A stretch of DNA of 64,000 nt from Gammaproteobacteria bacterium (GTDB lineage: Bacteria > Pseudomonadota > Gammaproteobacteria > Eutrophobiales > Eutrophobiaceae), in the NCBI GenBank assembly GCA_965601665.1, contig OZ271833.1:2146607-2210606 (forward strand), read 5' to 3'. Made by a program: the position numbers and the translations under genes. Positions 38,111-49,092 of the stretch are shown here, one piece after another. How positions within the stretch are numbered: the first letter of the stretch is position 1; each line of letters begins with the position of its first letter. The notes under the pieces were generated by a model. The model was not told where the DNA came from. It did no database searches and was given only the letters and a program-made list of their open reading frames with translations.

Positions 38111-39121
38111 ATGAGTTTCAAGGCAACACTGGCCAACCAGGATATATCTTTTGCCATCGAAAACAATGAAACTGTTCTCGAGGCGGCATTACGACAAAAT
38201 ATCAGCTTGCCCTACGGCTGTCGTAATGGCGCCTGCGGCGCCTGTAAGGCAAAGCTGGCAAGTGGCACGGTTCACTACGATAACGGTTTACCGTCGGCCA
38301 TTACTGAACAGGATCAGGCTTGTGGGCAAGCACTATTGTGTTCTGCACGACCGGAAAGCGACCTCGTCATCGAAGCACGAACGGTGGACGCAGCCGGTGA
38401 TATCAGTATACGAAAGTTGCCATGCCGGGTGACCAGTTGCGAAAAGCTCAGCAAGGATGTCATTCGTCTGTTTCTTGAATTACCTAAAACAGAACGATTG
38501 CAATTTCTCGCGGGTCAGTATATCGACATATTAATGAGCGGCGATAAACGGCGCTCGTTTTCAATGGCAAACCCGCCGCATAAGGATCAGCAGATCGAGT
38601 TACATGTCCGCTATTATGATGGCGGTGTGTTTTCGGAGTATGCGTTCAATGATCTACAGGAAAAAGCCCTGTTGCGAATTGAGGGGCCGTTAGGCTCGTT
38701 CACACTTAAGGAAACAGGGCGTCCAATGATAATGGTCGCCGGTGGCACCGGTTTTGCGCCAATCAAGAGCCTGATCGAACACGCGCTTCATGTTGATGAC
38801 AAGCGTGACATATTCCTCTATTGGGGCGTACGCGGCGAAAGTGACCTGTATTTAAACAACATGGCAATAGAGTGGGCGGCACAAAATGAACACATTCATT
38901 ATGTCCCCGTATTGTCAGAGGTCGATAGCGATACGGAATGGTCAGGCAAACAAGGCTTTGTTCACGAGGCAGTGCTTGCAGATTTCAGTGACTTGTCCGG
39001 ATACGATGTCTATGCCTGTGGACCACCGCCCATGATTAACGCGATCGTGGAAACACTACCCGAACAGGGATTGAATAAGGAAAATATCTATTCTGATTCA
39101 TTCGAGTTTGCTACCAGCTAG
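38111..39121 (+). CDS. [2Fe-2S] ferredoxin / FAD / NAD(P)H oxidoreductase (AscD/MmoC-class reductase)
   Basis: Plant-type ferredoxin Cys pattern (CRNGACGACK...C), FAD site RSFSMAN, and NAD site GGTGFAP. Confidence 0.75.
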   Translation: MSFKATLANQDISFAIENNETVLEAALRQNISLPYGCRNGACGACKAKLASGTVHYDNGLPSAITEQDQACGQALLCSARPESDLVIEARTVDAAGDISIRKLPCRVTSCEKLSKDVIRLFLELPKTERLQFLAGQYIDILMSGDKRRSFSMANPPHKDQQIELHVRYYDGGVFSEYAFNDLQEKALLRIEGPLGSFTLKETGRPMIMVAGGTGFAPIKSLIEHALHVDDKRDIFLYWGVRGESDLYLNNMAIEWAAQNEHIHYVPVLSEVDSDTEWSGKQGFVHEAVLADFSDLSGYDVYACGPPPMINAIVETLPEQGLNKENIYSDSFEFATS

Positions 39122-39126
39122 TTTGA

Positions 39127-40320
39127 CTAGGCCGGTGGCGTGCTTGTAGCCAGCGTTAATCCCTTTTGGTAACACGCTGCTGCCTGTTCCTGTTCACCTT
39201 CATGTTCATGCAGTTTGGCAAACTCATAGTAGGCTTCCGGGTTTGGTTGTACATCAAGGCTTTCCTGCAAATAATCACGCGCCTTACCCCAGAGCCTGTT
39301 ACGCATGCAGATTCTTCCCAGCGTTAATAGCAATACCGCATCGCGGGCATGACTGGCAAGATAGGATTCGGCTACCTGTAACTGCTTATTCAGATCCTTA
39401 CCACCAACAAGTCCATATAGACGTATCAGGATTCCATCCCATTGCTTCTTCAAAGCAGTCCTGAGTAATTCCTCACAATCCTCGGTATTCTCAAACCTCA
39501 GTCGTTCCGTGACGTAGACCTCAATCAGGTAAAAATGCTGCTTCAGTTTTTTTGGAATCGAGTTCCAGACCTCATTCAGTCTTTCAAGGTTCTGCATCCC
39601 GCCCGCTTTTTTCATCAAGCCAGCATAGGCTTCAAGCTGCTTGGCCTCAATCTCTGCGCGTGAATACAGCCCGGTTTTTTCAACAGCAGGAATCAGTTTC
39701 AGCATGGATGTCCAATCCTGCAAATCGGTATAGGTATTAATAAGCAGTTGTTTGACCTGAGCCTGATCCGGCTGTTTGTTTTGTAAATGCTTCAGTGTCG
39801 CCAGTGCCTGTTCGGTTTGTTTCTGTTCGAGCTGTAATTCTGCCTGCGTTATACCTACTGCAAGACTTGCATCGGGGTTTTTTTGATAAGCAAGTTTTAG
39901 CAGGTCATCACGTCTTTCAATCGCGCCTTGTTCCTGCGCTGCACGGGCAGCATAAAGGTAGTTGATATAAGGAGAACGACCATAAGGTGCTGCACGTTTG
40001 AAATCGCGCTCTGCTTTTTTCCATTTACCTTCTGTCATATTAATGAGCCCATCAGTAAGGTATTTTTCCGCGCGACGCTGGCGCCTGTGCAATCGCCATT
40101 TCTTTATATCCGCTGGCATCTCGATGAACCGCATCAGGCTACGACAGACAAAATAGAGAATAATGAAACCCAGAAACAACGCGATCACGAACAAGGTCGC
40201 ACTGGTTTGAATGGTCCAGCCCGCCAACGTCATGACCACGTAACCGGTATCAGATCCGGCCAATGAGCCAATAAATACGGCTACCAGCAATGCAACCAGG
40301 CTATAAAGAAGTACCTTCAT
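39127..40320 (-). CDS. hemY: HemY-like TPR membrane protein
   Basis: HemY_N-type N-terminus with two TM helices plus TPR repeats. Last gene of the hemCDXY cluster. Confidence 0.8.
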   Translation of the reverse strand: MKVLLYSLVALLVAVFIGSLAGSDTGYVVMTLAGWTIQTSATLFVIALFLGFIILYFVCRSLMRFIEMPADIKKWRLHRRQRRAEKYLTDGLINMTEGKWKKAERDFKRAAPYGRSPYINYLYAARAAQEQGAIERRDDLLKLAYQKNPDASLAVGITQAELQLEQKQTEQALATLKHLQNKQPDQAQVKQLLINTYTDLQDWTSMLKLIPAVEKTGLYSRAEIEAKQLEAYAGLMKKAGGMQNLERLNEVWNSIPKKLKQHFYLIEVYVTERLRFENTEDCEELLRTALKKQWDGILIRLYGLVGGKDLNKQLQVAESYLASHARDAVLLLTLGRICMRNRLWGKARDYLQESLDVQPNPEAYYEFAKLHEHEGEQEQAAACYQKGLTLATSTPPA

Positions 40321-41459
40321 TATTCTTCGCTTTCTTGCTGCTGTTGTTGTTGCTGACTTGTTCTGCGGGCCAGCGCTTTCACAGATTCGATAGATGAACT
40401 GATATCTATATTAGGAAAGGCCAGCTCAATACGACTCATTTTTTGCAGGGAGTCGGACACGTTTCGCACTGACGCATCAGACTTGTCAAAATAGTTTTGC
40501 AACCAGTCCTGGAGGTGCTCAATGGATGCATTGAAATTCCCGGTATCACGGTTGAATACTGCAAAGCGGGCATTGGCAAGCTCCAGCTTGATATTGGAAC
40601 GAAGAAAATAAATTTCATCAGGCAGTAGCAGGGTCTTACTGATATCCTGGTCACGTGAAATAATAACCAGGCTCTTTAGCTCTGCCCAAACCAGTCGAAA
40701 AAATTCGCTGATCTTGTTCTCTGCATCGGCAGCCGGCTTAACCTCTTCAAATTCAGGGGCGGAAACAATAACGTCCTCCCTTACTGGCAGACTATCAACA
40801 CGTTTTATCAGGTCTGACAGGAACAGCCCCAGACCACTCAGGTCCGCCTGGTTTAATGAGCGCAGGGAATTCATATCAGCAATGATTTGTTCCCTGACTT
40901 GCAGGGCACCCGGCACGGTAAGGTTTTGCAGACGCAGATCTGCCGTTTCCATTGCCTTAAGCGCCGTAGCAACATCATTATTCAATTGCAGCCTGTAATT
41001 CGCGATGGTGAGTAGATGTTCTATTTCAGCAAGTGCAAATTCTTCATTAAGCTCTATCGTTTCAGTTACCGGCTCGGGAATTAGTTCGCGCAAACTATCC
41101 TGGCGCTTAGCCAGGGCATCCAGCCTGTTATTGATGTCGGTGAAACCGGAGCGACTCTTTCCAATTTCCTCCTCAAGCCCTGTCACAATAGCCTTGATAT
41201 CTTCATCAGCACTGCTTGATGTATCCAGTGATGCAACGAACTGCTCAAATTGCTTGTAGTTATAGGCTGCCAGTGCAGTCGCACCGCCGGCGATAATAAA
41301 GACAAGAAAAACAAGGAAGCCGCCACCCGACTTTCTTTTTTCTTCAGGTTTCACTTCTTCATAGACAATTTCGTCAGCGACGTTTTCTTCAACAGTCTTT
41401 TCAGGTGCATCAGCACCGGAATCATCGTTGGGCTGTTTGTCTTTGCTTGCATCCGTCAT
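40320..41459 (-). CDS. hemX: HemX-family membrane protein
   Basis: Acidic N-terminus, single TM helix, and coiled-coil periplasmic domain. Positioned between hemD and hemY. Confidence 0.75.
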   Translation of the reverse strand: MTDASKDKQPNDDSGADAPEKTVEENVADEIVYEEVKPEEKRKSGGGFLVFLVFIIAGGATALAAYNYKQFEQFVASLDTSSSADEDIKAIVTGLEEEIGKSRSGFTDINNRLDALAKRQDSLRELIPEPVTETIELNEEFALAEIEHLLTIANYRLQLNNDVATALKAMETADLRLQNLTVPGALQVREQIIADMNSLRSLNQADLSGLGLFLSDLIKRVDSLPVREDVIVSAPEFEEVKPAADAENKISEFFRLVWAELKSLVIISRDQDISKTLLLPDEIYFLRSNIKLELANARFAVFNRDTGNFNASIEHLQDWLQNYFDKSDASVRNVSDSLQKMSRIELAFPNIDISSSIESVKALARRTSQQQQQQQESEE

Positions 41460-42244
41460 GTATGCGCTATCTCCAGTAGATCCAGGGTTGCTTTACATAA
41501 CCCGCTATCGTTCATTTCGCTGGTCACGATAATATTACCTGTGAAGCCGTGCTCACTGGCACATACGGCATTTCTCGCCGACATAACAACCAGGGGCGTT
41601 TGTAGCAGTGTTTGTCGTTTAGCATCAGGCGTCAAGTTAACGAGATTTTCAATACTCTCATTACTGGTCACAATGATCGCATCTGGTGCTACCTGTTGCC
41701 ACAAGCGACTAGTCTCGTTTGTATCATATTGTGGCGTATTACGCATGTAGACCTCCGCTATTTCTACACTGGCGCCGCGTTCTGTCAGCGTATCGACCAA
41801 TAACCCGCGGCCACCCTGACCGCGAACCAGCAAAATACTGGTGTCGACAACCATTTCGGCTTGCAATTCCGGCATGGACAGCAGTGCTTCACTATCAGCG
41901 CCACCACTTGCGTGCAGGACATTAGTCAAACCATGTTGCTGCAGCATAGAGGCAGTGCTGCCTCCTATTGCGACGATCAGCGTGTCGTGTGGTACAGATG
42001 CCACGTCCAGGTAATGTTGAATTGACAGCGCCACGGCATTTTGACTGACAAAAACAAGCAGTTGATAGCGGGCAATGTTACCGAATATGGATGTCAACCT
42101 GTCAGATCCGGTTATGGGCTGGATCTCGATAACGGGGAAACGCACAACATGTAATCCGGCACCAGTCAGCAAATTGCTTACACCGTCTGCCTGGTGTGAA
42201 GGGCGGGTTACCCAGACATTTGCACTTGCTGCAGAAGTTGACAC
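41456..42244 (-). CDS. hemD: Uroporphyrinogen-III synthase
   Basis: HemD family over 262 aa. Overlaps hemX by 4 nt and follows hemC. Confidence 0.8.
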   Translation of the reverse strand: MSTSAASANVWVTRPSHQADGVSNLLTGAGLHVVRFPVIEIQPITGSDRLTSIFGNIARYQLLVFVSQNAVALSIQHYLDVASVPHDTLIVAIGGSTASMLQQHGLTNVLHASGGADSEALLSMPELQAEMVVDTSILLVRGQGGRGLLVDTLTERGASVEIAEVYMRNTPQYDTNETSRLWQQVAPDAIIVTSNESIENLVNLTPDAKRQTLLQTPLVVMSARNAVCASEHGFTGNIIVTSEMNDSGLCKATLDLLEIAHT

Positions 42245-42246
42245 GT

Positions 42247-43167
42247 TTACTTGAGAATTTCTTTCAGTATTTGATCAGCGCCATTCACCAGCAGCTGCTC
42301 ACCCAGTTCCTTGCCCAGTTTATCGCCATCATCTTTATCGCCCTCGACAGTCGATTTAACTATTTCACTGCCATCAACCCGGGCAACGAGGCCGGTCAGG
42401 CCAAGCGTATTGCCATTTAGTATTGCCTGTCCGGCAATGGGTAATTGACAACCACCATACAATCGCCGACTGAGTGAGCGTTCAGTTTCGACACACACTC
42501 GCGTGTCCTCATGGTTCAGGGGAGCCAGGAGTGAATGTATTGCCGCATCGCCTTCACGGCATTCGATGCCAATAGCACCCTGGCCAATGGCAGGAAGTAT
42601 CTCATCATGCGGAATCAATTGGGCAATGCGATCAGCGAGTCCAAGACGCTTTACGCCGGCCGCAGCAAGAATGATGGCATCGTATTGACCATCGTCAAGT
42701 TTACCGAGACGCGTGCCAACGTTGCCGCGCAAATCACGAATCTTGATGTCCGGGCGCAGGGCTGTTAATTGAGACTGACGCCTTAGACTGGAGGTGCCAA
42801 CAATACCCCCCTCCGGTATCTCGGCAATACTGTTATAGTTATTCGAAACCAGCACATCATGGGTATCTTCCCGTTGCATAATGACGGGCAGGATAAAACC
42901 GGCTGGCATGTCTATCGTGACATCCTTCATTGAGTGCACGGCAATGTCTGCCCGTTGCTCAAGCATTGCCTGCTCCAGTTCCTTGATAAACAAACCCTTG
43001 CCGCCTACTTCAATTAACGGGGCTTCCAGAAAGCGATCGCCTTCTGTGGTCATGCCCACCAGTTCAACATTCAGATCCGGGTGCACATTCACTAAACACT
43101 GTTTAACATGCTCAGCCTGCCACAGCGCGAGAGGGCTTTTTCTTGTTGCTATTCTTATGGTTTCCAC
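42247..43167 (-). CDS. hemC: Hydroxymethylbilane synthase (porphobilinogen deaminase)
   Basis: IRIATRKSPLALWQAEHV matches the HemC N-terminus. 306 aa. Confidence 0.9.
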   Translation of the reverse strand: METIRIATRKSPLALWQAEHVKQCLVNVHPDLNVELVGMTTEGDRFLEAPLIEVGGKGLFIKELEQAMLEQRADIAVHSMKDVTIDMPAGFILPVIMQREDTHDVLVSNNYNSIAEIPEGGIVGTSSLRRQSQLTALRPDIKIRDLRGNVGTRLGKLDDGQYDAIILAAAGVKRLGLADRIAQLIPHDEILPAIGQGAIGIECREGDAAIHSLLAPLNHEDTRVCVETERSLSRRLYGGCQLPIAGQAILNGNTLGLTGLVARVDGSEIVKSTVEGDKDDGDKLGKELGEQLLVNGADQILKEILK

Positions 43168-43270
43168 TTTGCTTCCTGACTTAATTATTAATAGATATCC
43201 GTACGGTAATGATACACTTTAAGACTTGTTCAGTAAGCGCAAATTCTGGTCAGTACAGACAACGTAAAAC

Positions 43271-44221
43271 ATGAAGCTCGGCATCATCATGGATCCGATA
43301 GAGCGGATCAATATTCAAAAAGACAGCTCATTTGCAATGCTGTTGGCAGCACAATCACGCGGCTGGGATCTGTTTTATATGGAGCAACACGATCTTTATA
43401 TGCAACAGGATCGGGCAATGGCACGCATGCGTGGTTTGCATGTTGAAGATAATGCGAAAGGATGGTTTGCACTGCAACAAGCTGTGATCGAGGAACTTGC
43501 CACGCTGGACGTGTTATTGATGCGCAAGGATCCGCCGTTCGATTTAAATTATATTTACACTACCTATATTCTCGAGCAGGCACAAAAAGCCGGCACATTG
43601 GTCGTCAATGACCCCCGTGCATTACGTGATGTAAACGAAAAATTTTTTATTACCCACTTTCCACAGTGCACGGCGCCAACGCTGGTCACTTCAGACATGC
43701 AGATTCTCAACGAATTTATTGCGCATCATGACACTACCATCGTTAAGCCGCTTGACGGTATGGCCGGACAAGGCATCTTCAGGGTAACCGCTACCGACCC
43801 CAACAAGATGGCAATACTCGAAACAGCAACAGAGCATGGCCATCGCCATATCATGGCCCAGAAATTTATTCCCGAGATTACCGAGGGTGACAAGCGCATT
43901 CTGCTTGTTGACGGTGAACCGGTACCGTTTGCATTGGCCCGGATTCCCGCCACGGGTGAATTTCGCGGCAACCTGGCTCGTGGCGGCACCGGCAAAGGCG
44001 TCGAATTAACCGAGCGCGACCGCTGGATTTGTGAACAGGTTGGTCCCACATTAACCGGGATGGGGTTGTATTTTGTTGGCCTGGATGTCATCGGTGATTA
44101 CCTGACCGAGATTAACGTCACCAGCCCGACCTGTATCCGCGAACTGGATAGCCTGTATAATATAAGTATTGGTTCACAGCTCATGGATGTCATCGAGAGA
44201 GAGATACAGGGCAACGACTGA
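43271..44221 (+). CDS. gshB: Glutathione synthetase
   Basis: MKLGIIMDPIERINIQKDSSFAMLLAAQSRGW is the prokaryotic GshB ATP-grasp N-terminus. 316 aa. Confidence 0.9.
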   Translation: MKLGIIMDPIERINIQKDSSFAMLLAAQSRGWDLFYMEQHDLYMQQDRAMARMRGLHVEDNAKGWFALQQAVIEELATLDVLLMRKDPPFDLNYIYTTYILEQAQKAGTLVVNDPRALRDVNEKFFITHFPQCTAPTLVTSDMQILNEFIAHHDTTIVKPLDGMAGQGIFRVTATDPNKMAILETATEHGHRHIMAQKFIPEITEGDKRILLVDGEPVPFALARIPATGEFRGNLARGGTGKGVELTERDRWICEQVGPTLTGMGLYFVGLDVIGDYLTEINVTSPTCIRELDSLYNISIGSQLMDVIEREIQGND

Positions 44222-44275
44222 TAGCATGCAAACCGCACATACAGTCATCTTCTTTTCCAGACGTAAATAATCATC

Positions 44276-45292
44276 GTGGCCGCCAGCCAGGTAATTCAAA
44301 CAGTCATTACCCCGTTAGACCGCCTTGGGCTAACCATGAGTCTTGCTATTCTGTTGCATGCCTCGGTCATACTTGGCATCACCTTCACTGAGGAAGACCG
44401 GTCGCAGGCACGTTACAACACCATGGAAATTGTACTGGTGCAGCAATCCAGCGAGACACCAGAGGACGCAAAGATGCTGGCGCAGGCCAGCCTCGAGGGG
44501 GGCGGCAACACCGAAGAGGCCGTCAACCCCAGCACACCATTACCACCCCCTTTTCCAGACCTGACACCAAAATTAACCGCGCCACCGCCGACTGAATCAG
44601 CCCCCCCTGTGCCTTCACCACCAGTGGCAAATAAAACAGAAACGCCGGAGCCGGAACCGGTCAAGAAAGAAATGGTAGAAACCATTGCCGTGGTGGAGGA
44701 AAACAGCAAACAACCGGTCACAGAAAAAGTAGCGCAGCCAAGCAAGGAAAGGACTATCACCGACACAGCGGAGAACAAAAAGGTAAAACCGGATCCAGAG
44801 CCAAAAAAGACCATTAAAAAAGTACTAAAAGCGGTCAAGAAACCACCCATGCCATCAGCAACCGAGCTTTTGACAAACAGCTTTCGAATCGCATCGTTAA
44901 GCGCCGAGGTCAGGCGAAAAATGGAAGCCAAGGCGCAACGGCCAAGGCGAAAATTTATCTCCGCCACAACCAGGGAATATAACTATGCCGCTTACATGGA
45001 GGCATGGCGTGCCAAGGTTGAGCGCGTTGGCAACCTGAACTACCCGGAACAGGCCAGAAAACAGAAACTATCCGGTAGCCTGGTACTGGATGTCGCCTTG
45101 AATGCTGATGGCACCATCAACGAGATAACAATACGTCGATCATCCGGCGAAAAAATCCTGGACGATGCAGCAGTGCGTATCGTCAAACTGTCCGCGCCCT
45201 TTTCTCCTTTTCCTCAACATATCAAGGATGAAACCGATATCCTGCATATCATGCGGACATGGCAATTTATTAACAACAAGGGTTTTCGCTAG
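44276..45292 (+). CDS. tonB: Energy transducer TonB
   Basis: Proline-rich spacer and a C-terminal TonB domain (YPEQARKQKLSGSLVLDVALNADGTI). Alternative start at 44336 (MSLAILLHASV). Confidence 0.8.
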   Translation: MAASQVIQTVITPLDRLGLTMSLAILLHASVILGITFTEEDRSQARYNTMEIVLVQQSSETPEDAKMLAQASLEGGGNTEEAVNPSTPLPPPFPDLTPKLTAPPPTESAPPVPSPPVANKTETPEPEPVKKEMVETIAVVEENSKQPVTEKVAQPSKERTITDTAENKKVKPDPEPKKTIKKVLKAVKKPPMPSATELLTNSFRIASLSAEVRRKMEAKAQRPRRKFISATTREYNYAAYMEAWRAKVERVGNLNYPEQARKQKLSGSLVLDVALNADGTINEITIRRSSGEKILDDAAVRIVKLSAPFSPFPQHIKDETDILHIMRTWQFINNKGFR

Positions 45293-45353
45293 TCACGCAC
45301 GTCTTCAGGTAAAGTCGCTTGAGTATTGGTGCGTATCTGTCAATACTTGGGTT

Positions 45354-45914
45354 ATGGATAACACCAACCTTACCGATCAGTTCCTGATCGCAATGCCCAG
45401 CCTCAAGGATCCTAATTTTGAGAAAACGGTCACCTACATCTGTGCCCACAATGAGGAAGGCGCCATGGGTATTGTCATCAACAAGCCTCTCGACATAGAG
45501 CTGGGAGAAATATTCCAGCAAATGGAAATAGACACTAGCAACGCTATTGCCAGGCAACAAACCGTTTTCCAGGGTGGTCCTGTACACATTGACCGCGGTT
45601 TTATCCTGCATAAATCTGCAACAACATGGGATTCATCTATCAATGTCACCGACAACATAAGTGTTACTACCTCGAAGGATATACTTGAAGCCATGGCGCA
45701 GGGAGAGGGGCCGCAGGAATCACTCATCGCGCTCGGTTATGCAGGTTGGGGCAGCGGCCAGCTGGAAGAAGAGATATTACATAACGCCTGGCTAAGTGGT
45801 CCTGCCGATCAGGATATTATTTTCAAGACTCCGTACCAGGATTGCTGGCAGGCAGCGGCTGAACACCTTGGCGTTGATCTGGATAAACTCTCTACTGATG
45901 TCGGTCACGCGTGA
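45354..45914 (+). CDS. yqgE: YqgE/AlgH family protein (UPF0301)
   Basis: Start trimmed to MDNTNLTDQFLIAMPSL. Conserved gshB-tonB-yqgE-ruvX order. Confidence 0.8.
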   Translation: MDNTNLTDQFLIAMPSLKDPNFEKTVTYICAHNEEGAMGIVINKPLDIELGEIFQQMEIDTSNAIARQQTVFQGGPVHIDRGFILHKSATTWDSSINVTDNISVTTSKDILEAMAQGEGPQESLIALGYAGWGSGQLEEEILHNAWLSGPADQDIIFKTPYQDCWQAAAEHLGVDLDKLSTDVGHA

Positions 45915-46339
45915 AACAGGAAACGCTGCTTTGCTTTGACCTTGGTCAAAAACGTATTGGCATAGCCGTAGGCCAGACAATCACCCAAACGGCTACACCG
46001 CTGGAAACAGTGGCAGTCAAACACAACAAACCGGACTGGCTACGTATTCAACAATTGATCGATGAGTGGCAACCAGACAGGTTAATCGTCGGTTACCCGC
46101 TGCAAATGGATGATGGCAGACAGCCCATGACAGAATTCTCGGAGCGCTTTGTACGACAGCTCGATGGACGCTATCATTTGCCGGTAGATGTCATTGATGA
46201 ACGATTGTCGTCTTACGAGGCCAGGCAGCGAATCAAATCCACCCGTAGCGTAGATCCGATCGCCGCCCAGGCCATACTGGAAACCTGGTTTACGGAAAAC
46301 GAGGGTAAAGCAAACAAGGAACAACGGGGCCATGACTAG
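45911..46339 (+). CDS. ruvX: Putative pre-16S rRNA nuclease / Holliday junction resolvase-like RuvX (YqgF)
   Basis: LLCFDLGQKRIGIAVG is the RNase H-like YqgF N-terminus. 142 aa. Confidence 0.85.
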   Translation: MKQETLLCFDLGQKRIGIAVGQTITQTATPLETVAVKHNKPDWLRIQQLIDEWQPDRLIVGYPLQMDDGRQPMTEFSERFVRQLDGRYHLPVDVIDERLSSYEARQRIKSTRSVDPIAAQAILETWFTENEGKANKEQRGHD

Positions 46340-46841
46340 TACTACTATCGATTTCGATGCCACGCTGAAAAACATGGCGGTGGGCATCAATGAACTGATC
46401 AAACACTACCGGCCTGAACAGGTGATGATGGTCGGTATCCGCACAGGCGGCATATGGATTGCGCAACGACTACATAAACAACTAGAACTAAAGAGCCCGC
46501 TTGGGGAATTGAATATTTCCTTTTACCGCGATGATTTCAGCACACTGGGACTGCATCCGGAAGTCAAACCAAGCAAACTGCCAATCGATATTACCGATAT
46601 GCATATCATCCTGGTTGATGATGTGTTTTATACAGGTAGAACCATTCGCGCTGCCATGAACGAAATCTTCGACTATGGCAGACCGGCAAGCATTAGACTC
46701 GCGGTGCTCATTGACAGAAATGAACACGAGCTCCCGATCAGCGCCGACGTGGTCGGAAAAAGTTTGACGCTGAAACAGGGAGAACATGTTAAACTCTCCG
46801 GCCCAGAGCCACTGGCACTGGAAATAACTAAAACGGGATGA
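46332..46841 (+). CDS. pyrR: Bifunctional pyrimidine operon regulator / uracil phosphoribosyltransferase PyrR
   Basis: PRTase motif [16 protein letters not shown]. 169 aa, positioned upstream of pyrB. Confidence 0.85.
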   Translation: MTSTTIDFDATLKNMAVGINELIKHYRPEQVMMVGIRTGGIWIAQRLHKQLELKSPLGELNISFYRDDFSTLGLHPEVKPSKLPIDITDMHIILVDDVFYTGRTIRAAMNEIFDYGRPASIRLAVLIDRNEHELPISADVVGKSLTLKQGEHVKLSGPEPLALEITKTG

Positions 46842-47812
46842 CTGGCAAGACACTGCAAACCGACAATCAAGGCAGGCTGAAACACTTTCTAACGACGGAA
46901 GGCCTGAGTCATACCCTACTTACTTCCATTCTTGATCACGCCGAAAACTTTGCCGGGGTTGCCGACCGCCCGGTAAAGAAAGTACCGTTACTGCGTGGCA
47001 AAACTGTCGTTAACCTGTTTTTCGAGGCCAGCACCAGGACACGCACAACGTTTGAGCTGGCTGCCAAACGTCTATCAGCCGATATCCTCAACCTGAATAT
47101 TGCGACGTCAGCAACCAGCAAGGGGGAAACCCTGAGTGATACACTGCGCACGCTTGAGGCCATGCATTGCGATATGTTTGTTGTACGCCACGCCAATAGC
47201 GGTGCCGCACACTACATCACCACGCAGGTTGCACCACATATCAGTGTGATTAATGCTGGCGATGGACGCCATGCGCATCCGACGCAGGCCATGCTGGACA
47301 TGTTTACCATCCGCAGGCACAAGGGTGATTTTGCACCGCTGCGTGTCGCGATCGTCGGCGACATTTTGCACTCGCGCGTGGCCCGTTCCGAGATCCATGC
47401 GCTGAACACGCTGGGCGTGACCGAGGTTCGCGTCGTCGGCCCCGACACACTGATGCCGAAAGATGTCGAGAGTCTGGGCGTACATGTCTATGATGACATG
47501 AGCGCCGGCCTTGAAAACGTGGACGTGGTCATGATGTTACGTTTACAGCGCGAACGCATGACCGGCGCACTACTCCCAAGCGCCCACGAGTATTACAACC
47601 GGTTCGGGTTAACGTCAAAACGCCTGGCGTCGGCCAGGAAAGATGCCATTGTTATGCATCCCGGGCCCATTAACCGTGGCGTGGAAATTGAATCCAGCAT
47701 CGCAGACTCAACGCGCTCGGTCATTCTGCAGCAGGTTAGTCACGGTATTGCGGTGAGAATGGCGGTGATGGCCATGTGCATGCAACGTTTCAATGATGAA
47801 GGCGGCGCTTGA
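46838..47812 (+). CDS. pyrB: Aspartate carbamoyltransferase catalytic subunit
   Basis: STRTR and HPTQA motifs. 324 aa. Confidence 0.9.
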   Translation: MTGKTLQTDNQGRLKHFLTTEGLSHTLLTSILDHAENFAGVADRPVKKVPLLRGKTVVNLFFEASTRTRTTFELAAKRLSADILNLNIATSATSKGETLSDTLRTLEAMHCDMFVVRHANSGAAHYITTQVAPHISVINAGDGRHAHPTQAMLDMFTIRRHKGDFAPLRVAIVGDILHSRVARSEIHALNTLGVTEVRVVGPDTLMPKDVESLGVHVYDDMSAGLENVDVVMMLRLQRERMTGALLPSAHEYYNRFGLTSKRLASARKDAIVMHPGPINRGVEIESSIADSTRSVILQQVSHGIAVRMAVMAMCMQRFNDEGGA

Positions 47813-49092
47813 TGGGCATAGAAATAAAAAACGGCAGAGTATTTGATCCGGCCAGCCAACTTGATAAGAAAACCAACCTGTTTATTGATAAAGGCAAGAT
47901 TGTCGCTATTGGCAGAAAGCCGTCCGGTTTTACTGCAACAAAAACCATTGATGCATCCGGTCAACTGGTGATACCGGGACTGGTCGACCTTTGTGTCAGA
48001 ACCCGTGAACCCGGCTATGAGCATAAGGCAACAATGGAATCAGAATTGCGTGCCGCCAGCCATAGCGGGGTGACATCACTTTGCTCGCCACCTGATTCTG
48101 ACCCGGTAGTGGATTCACCCGCCGTTGTTCGCCTGATACAAGAGCGTGCCAGTGAAGCCGGTCATACCAGGGTTTATACGCTGGGTGCGCTAACAAGGGG
48201 ATTAATGGGTGAGCAACTTGCAGAAATGGCTGCCTTGCAACAAGCTGGCTGCATTGCGATGAGCAACGCGCTGCAGCCAATTAAAAATGCCGAGGTGTTG
48301 AGGCGCGCATTTGAATATGCCCGTAGCTGTGACCTGACCGTTTTTATTCATCCGAACGATACCGATCTTCAAAACAATGGCGTTGCCAATGAGGGGGCAA
48401 TCAGCACCCGGCTAGGATTACCACCGGTCCCCGAGACAGCCGAAACGGTGGCGCTGGCAAGGGCCCTGTTATTAATTGAACAATCCGGGGTAAGCGCGCA
48501 TTTTTGCCGGCTCTCTGCCGCGCGATCGGTCGCTATGGTACGACAGGCACAACAGGAAGGATTACCCATCACGGCGGATGTTGATATCTGTCACTTGCAC
48601 CTCACCGATATGGATATCGCTGACTATAATGTGGACTGTCATCTGCAACCGCCACTGAAAAACGAACGTGACCGGGAAGGCCTTGTACAAGCAATCGAAG
48701 AAGGTGTGATTACTGCCGTCTGCTCTGATCATCAGCCACACGATCGAGATGCCAAGTCGGCGCCGTTTAGCCTCACCGAGCCGGGTGCCTCAACAGTAGA
48801 GTTATTGCTGCCACTGGTATTACATCTTGTTGAAGCTGGACAACTATCATTAGACAAAGCGATAGCTGCCATCACCAGTCAACCTGCCGGAATACTGGGT
48901 ATTGCAGGGGGTACACTGGCAGTTGGTACCAATGCCGATATTTGTGTCGTTGATCTTGATAACCCGTGGCAGGTTGAACGTGAAAACATGATTAGCATGG
49001 GCAAGAATACACCTTTCCATGGCTGGAACCTGTCTGCGCGGGTAAGCGCGACCATCATAAACGGCAAGATTACATACAAAGATAACGCCTGA
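47809..49092 (+). CDS. pyrC: Dihydroorotase-like protein PyrC' (predicted non-catalytic, lacks the HxH zinc motif)
   Basis: Amidohydrolase fold over 427 aa. The position of the DLHVH metal ligands reads DLCVRTRE. Gene order after pyrB matches the Pseudomonas pyrB-pyrC' arrangement. Confidence 0.75.
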   Translation: MMGIEIKNGRVFDPASQLDKKTNLFIDKGKIVAIGRKPSGFTATKTIDASGQLVIPGLVDLCVRTREPGYEHKATMESELRAASHSGVTSLCSPPDSDPVVDSPAVVRLIQERASEAGHTRVYTLGALTRGLMGEQLAEMAALQQAGCIAMSNALQPIKNAEVLRRAFEYARSCDLTVFIHPNDTDLQNNGVANEGAISTRLGLPPVPETAETVALARALLLIEQSGVSAHFCRLSAARSVAMVRQAQQEGLPITADVDICHLHLTDMDIADYNVDCHLQPPLKNERDREGLVQAIEEGVITAVCSDHQPHDRDAKSAPFSLTEPGASTVELLLPLVLHLVEAGQLSLDKAIAAITSQPAGILGIAGGTLAVGTNADICVVDLDNPWQVERENMISMGKNTPFHGWNLSARVSATIINGKITYKDNA

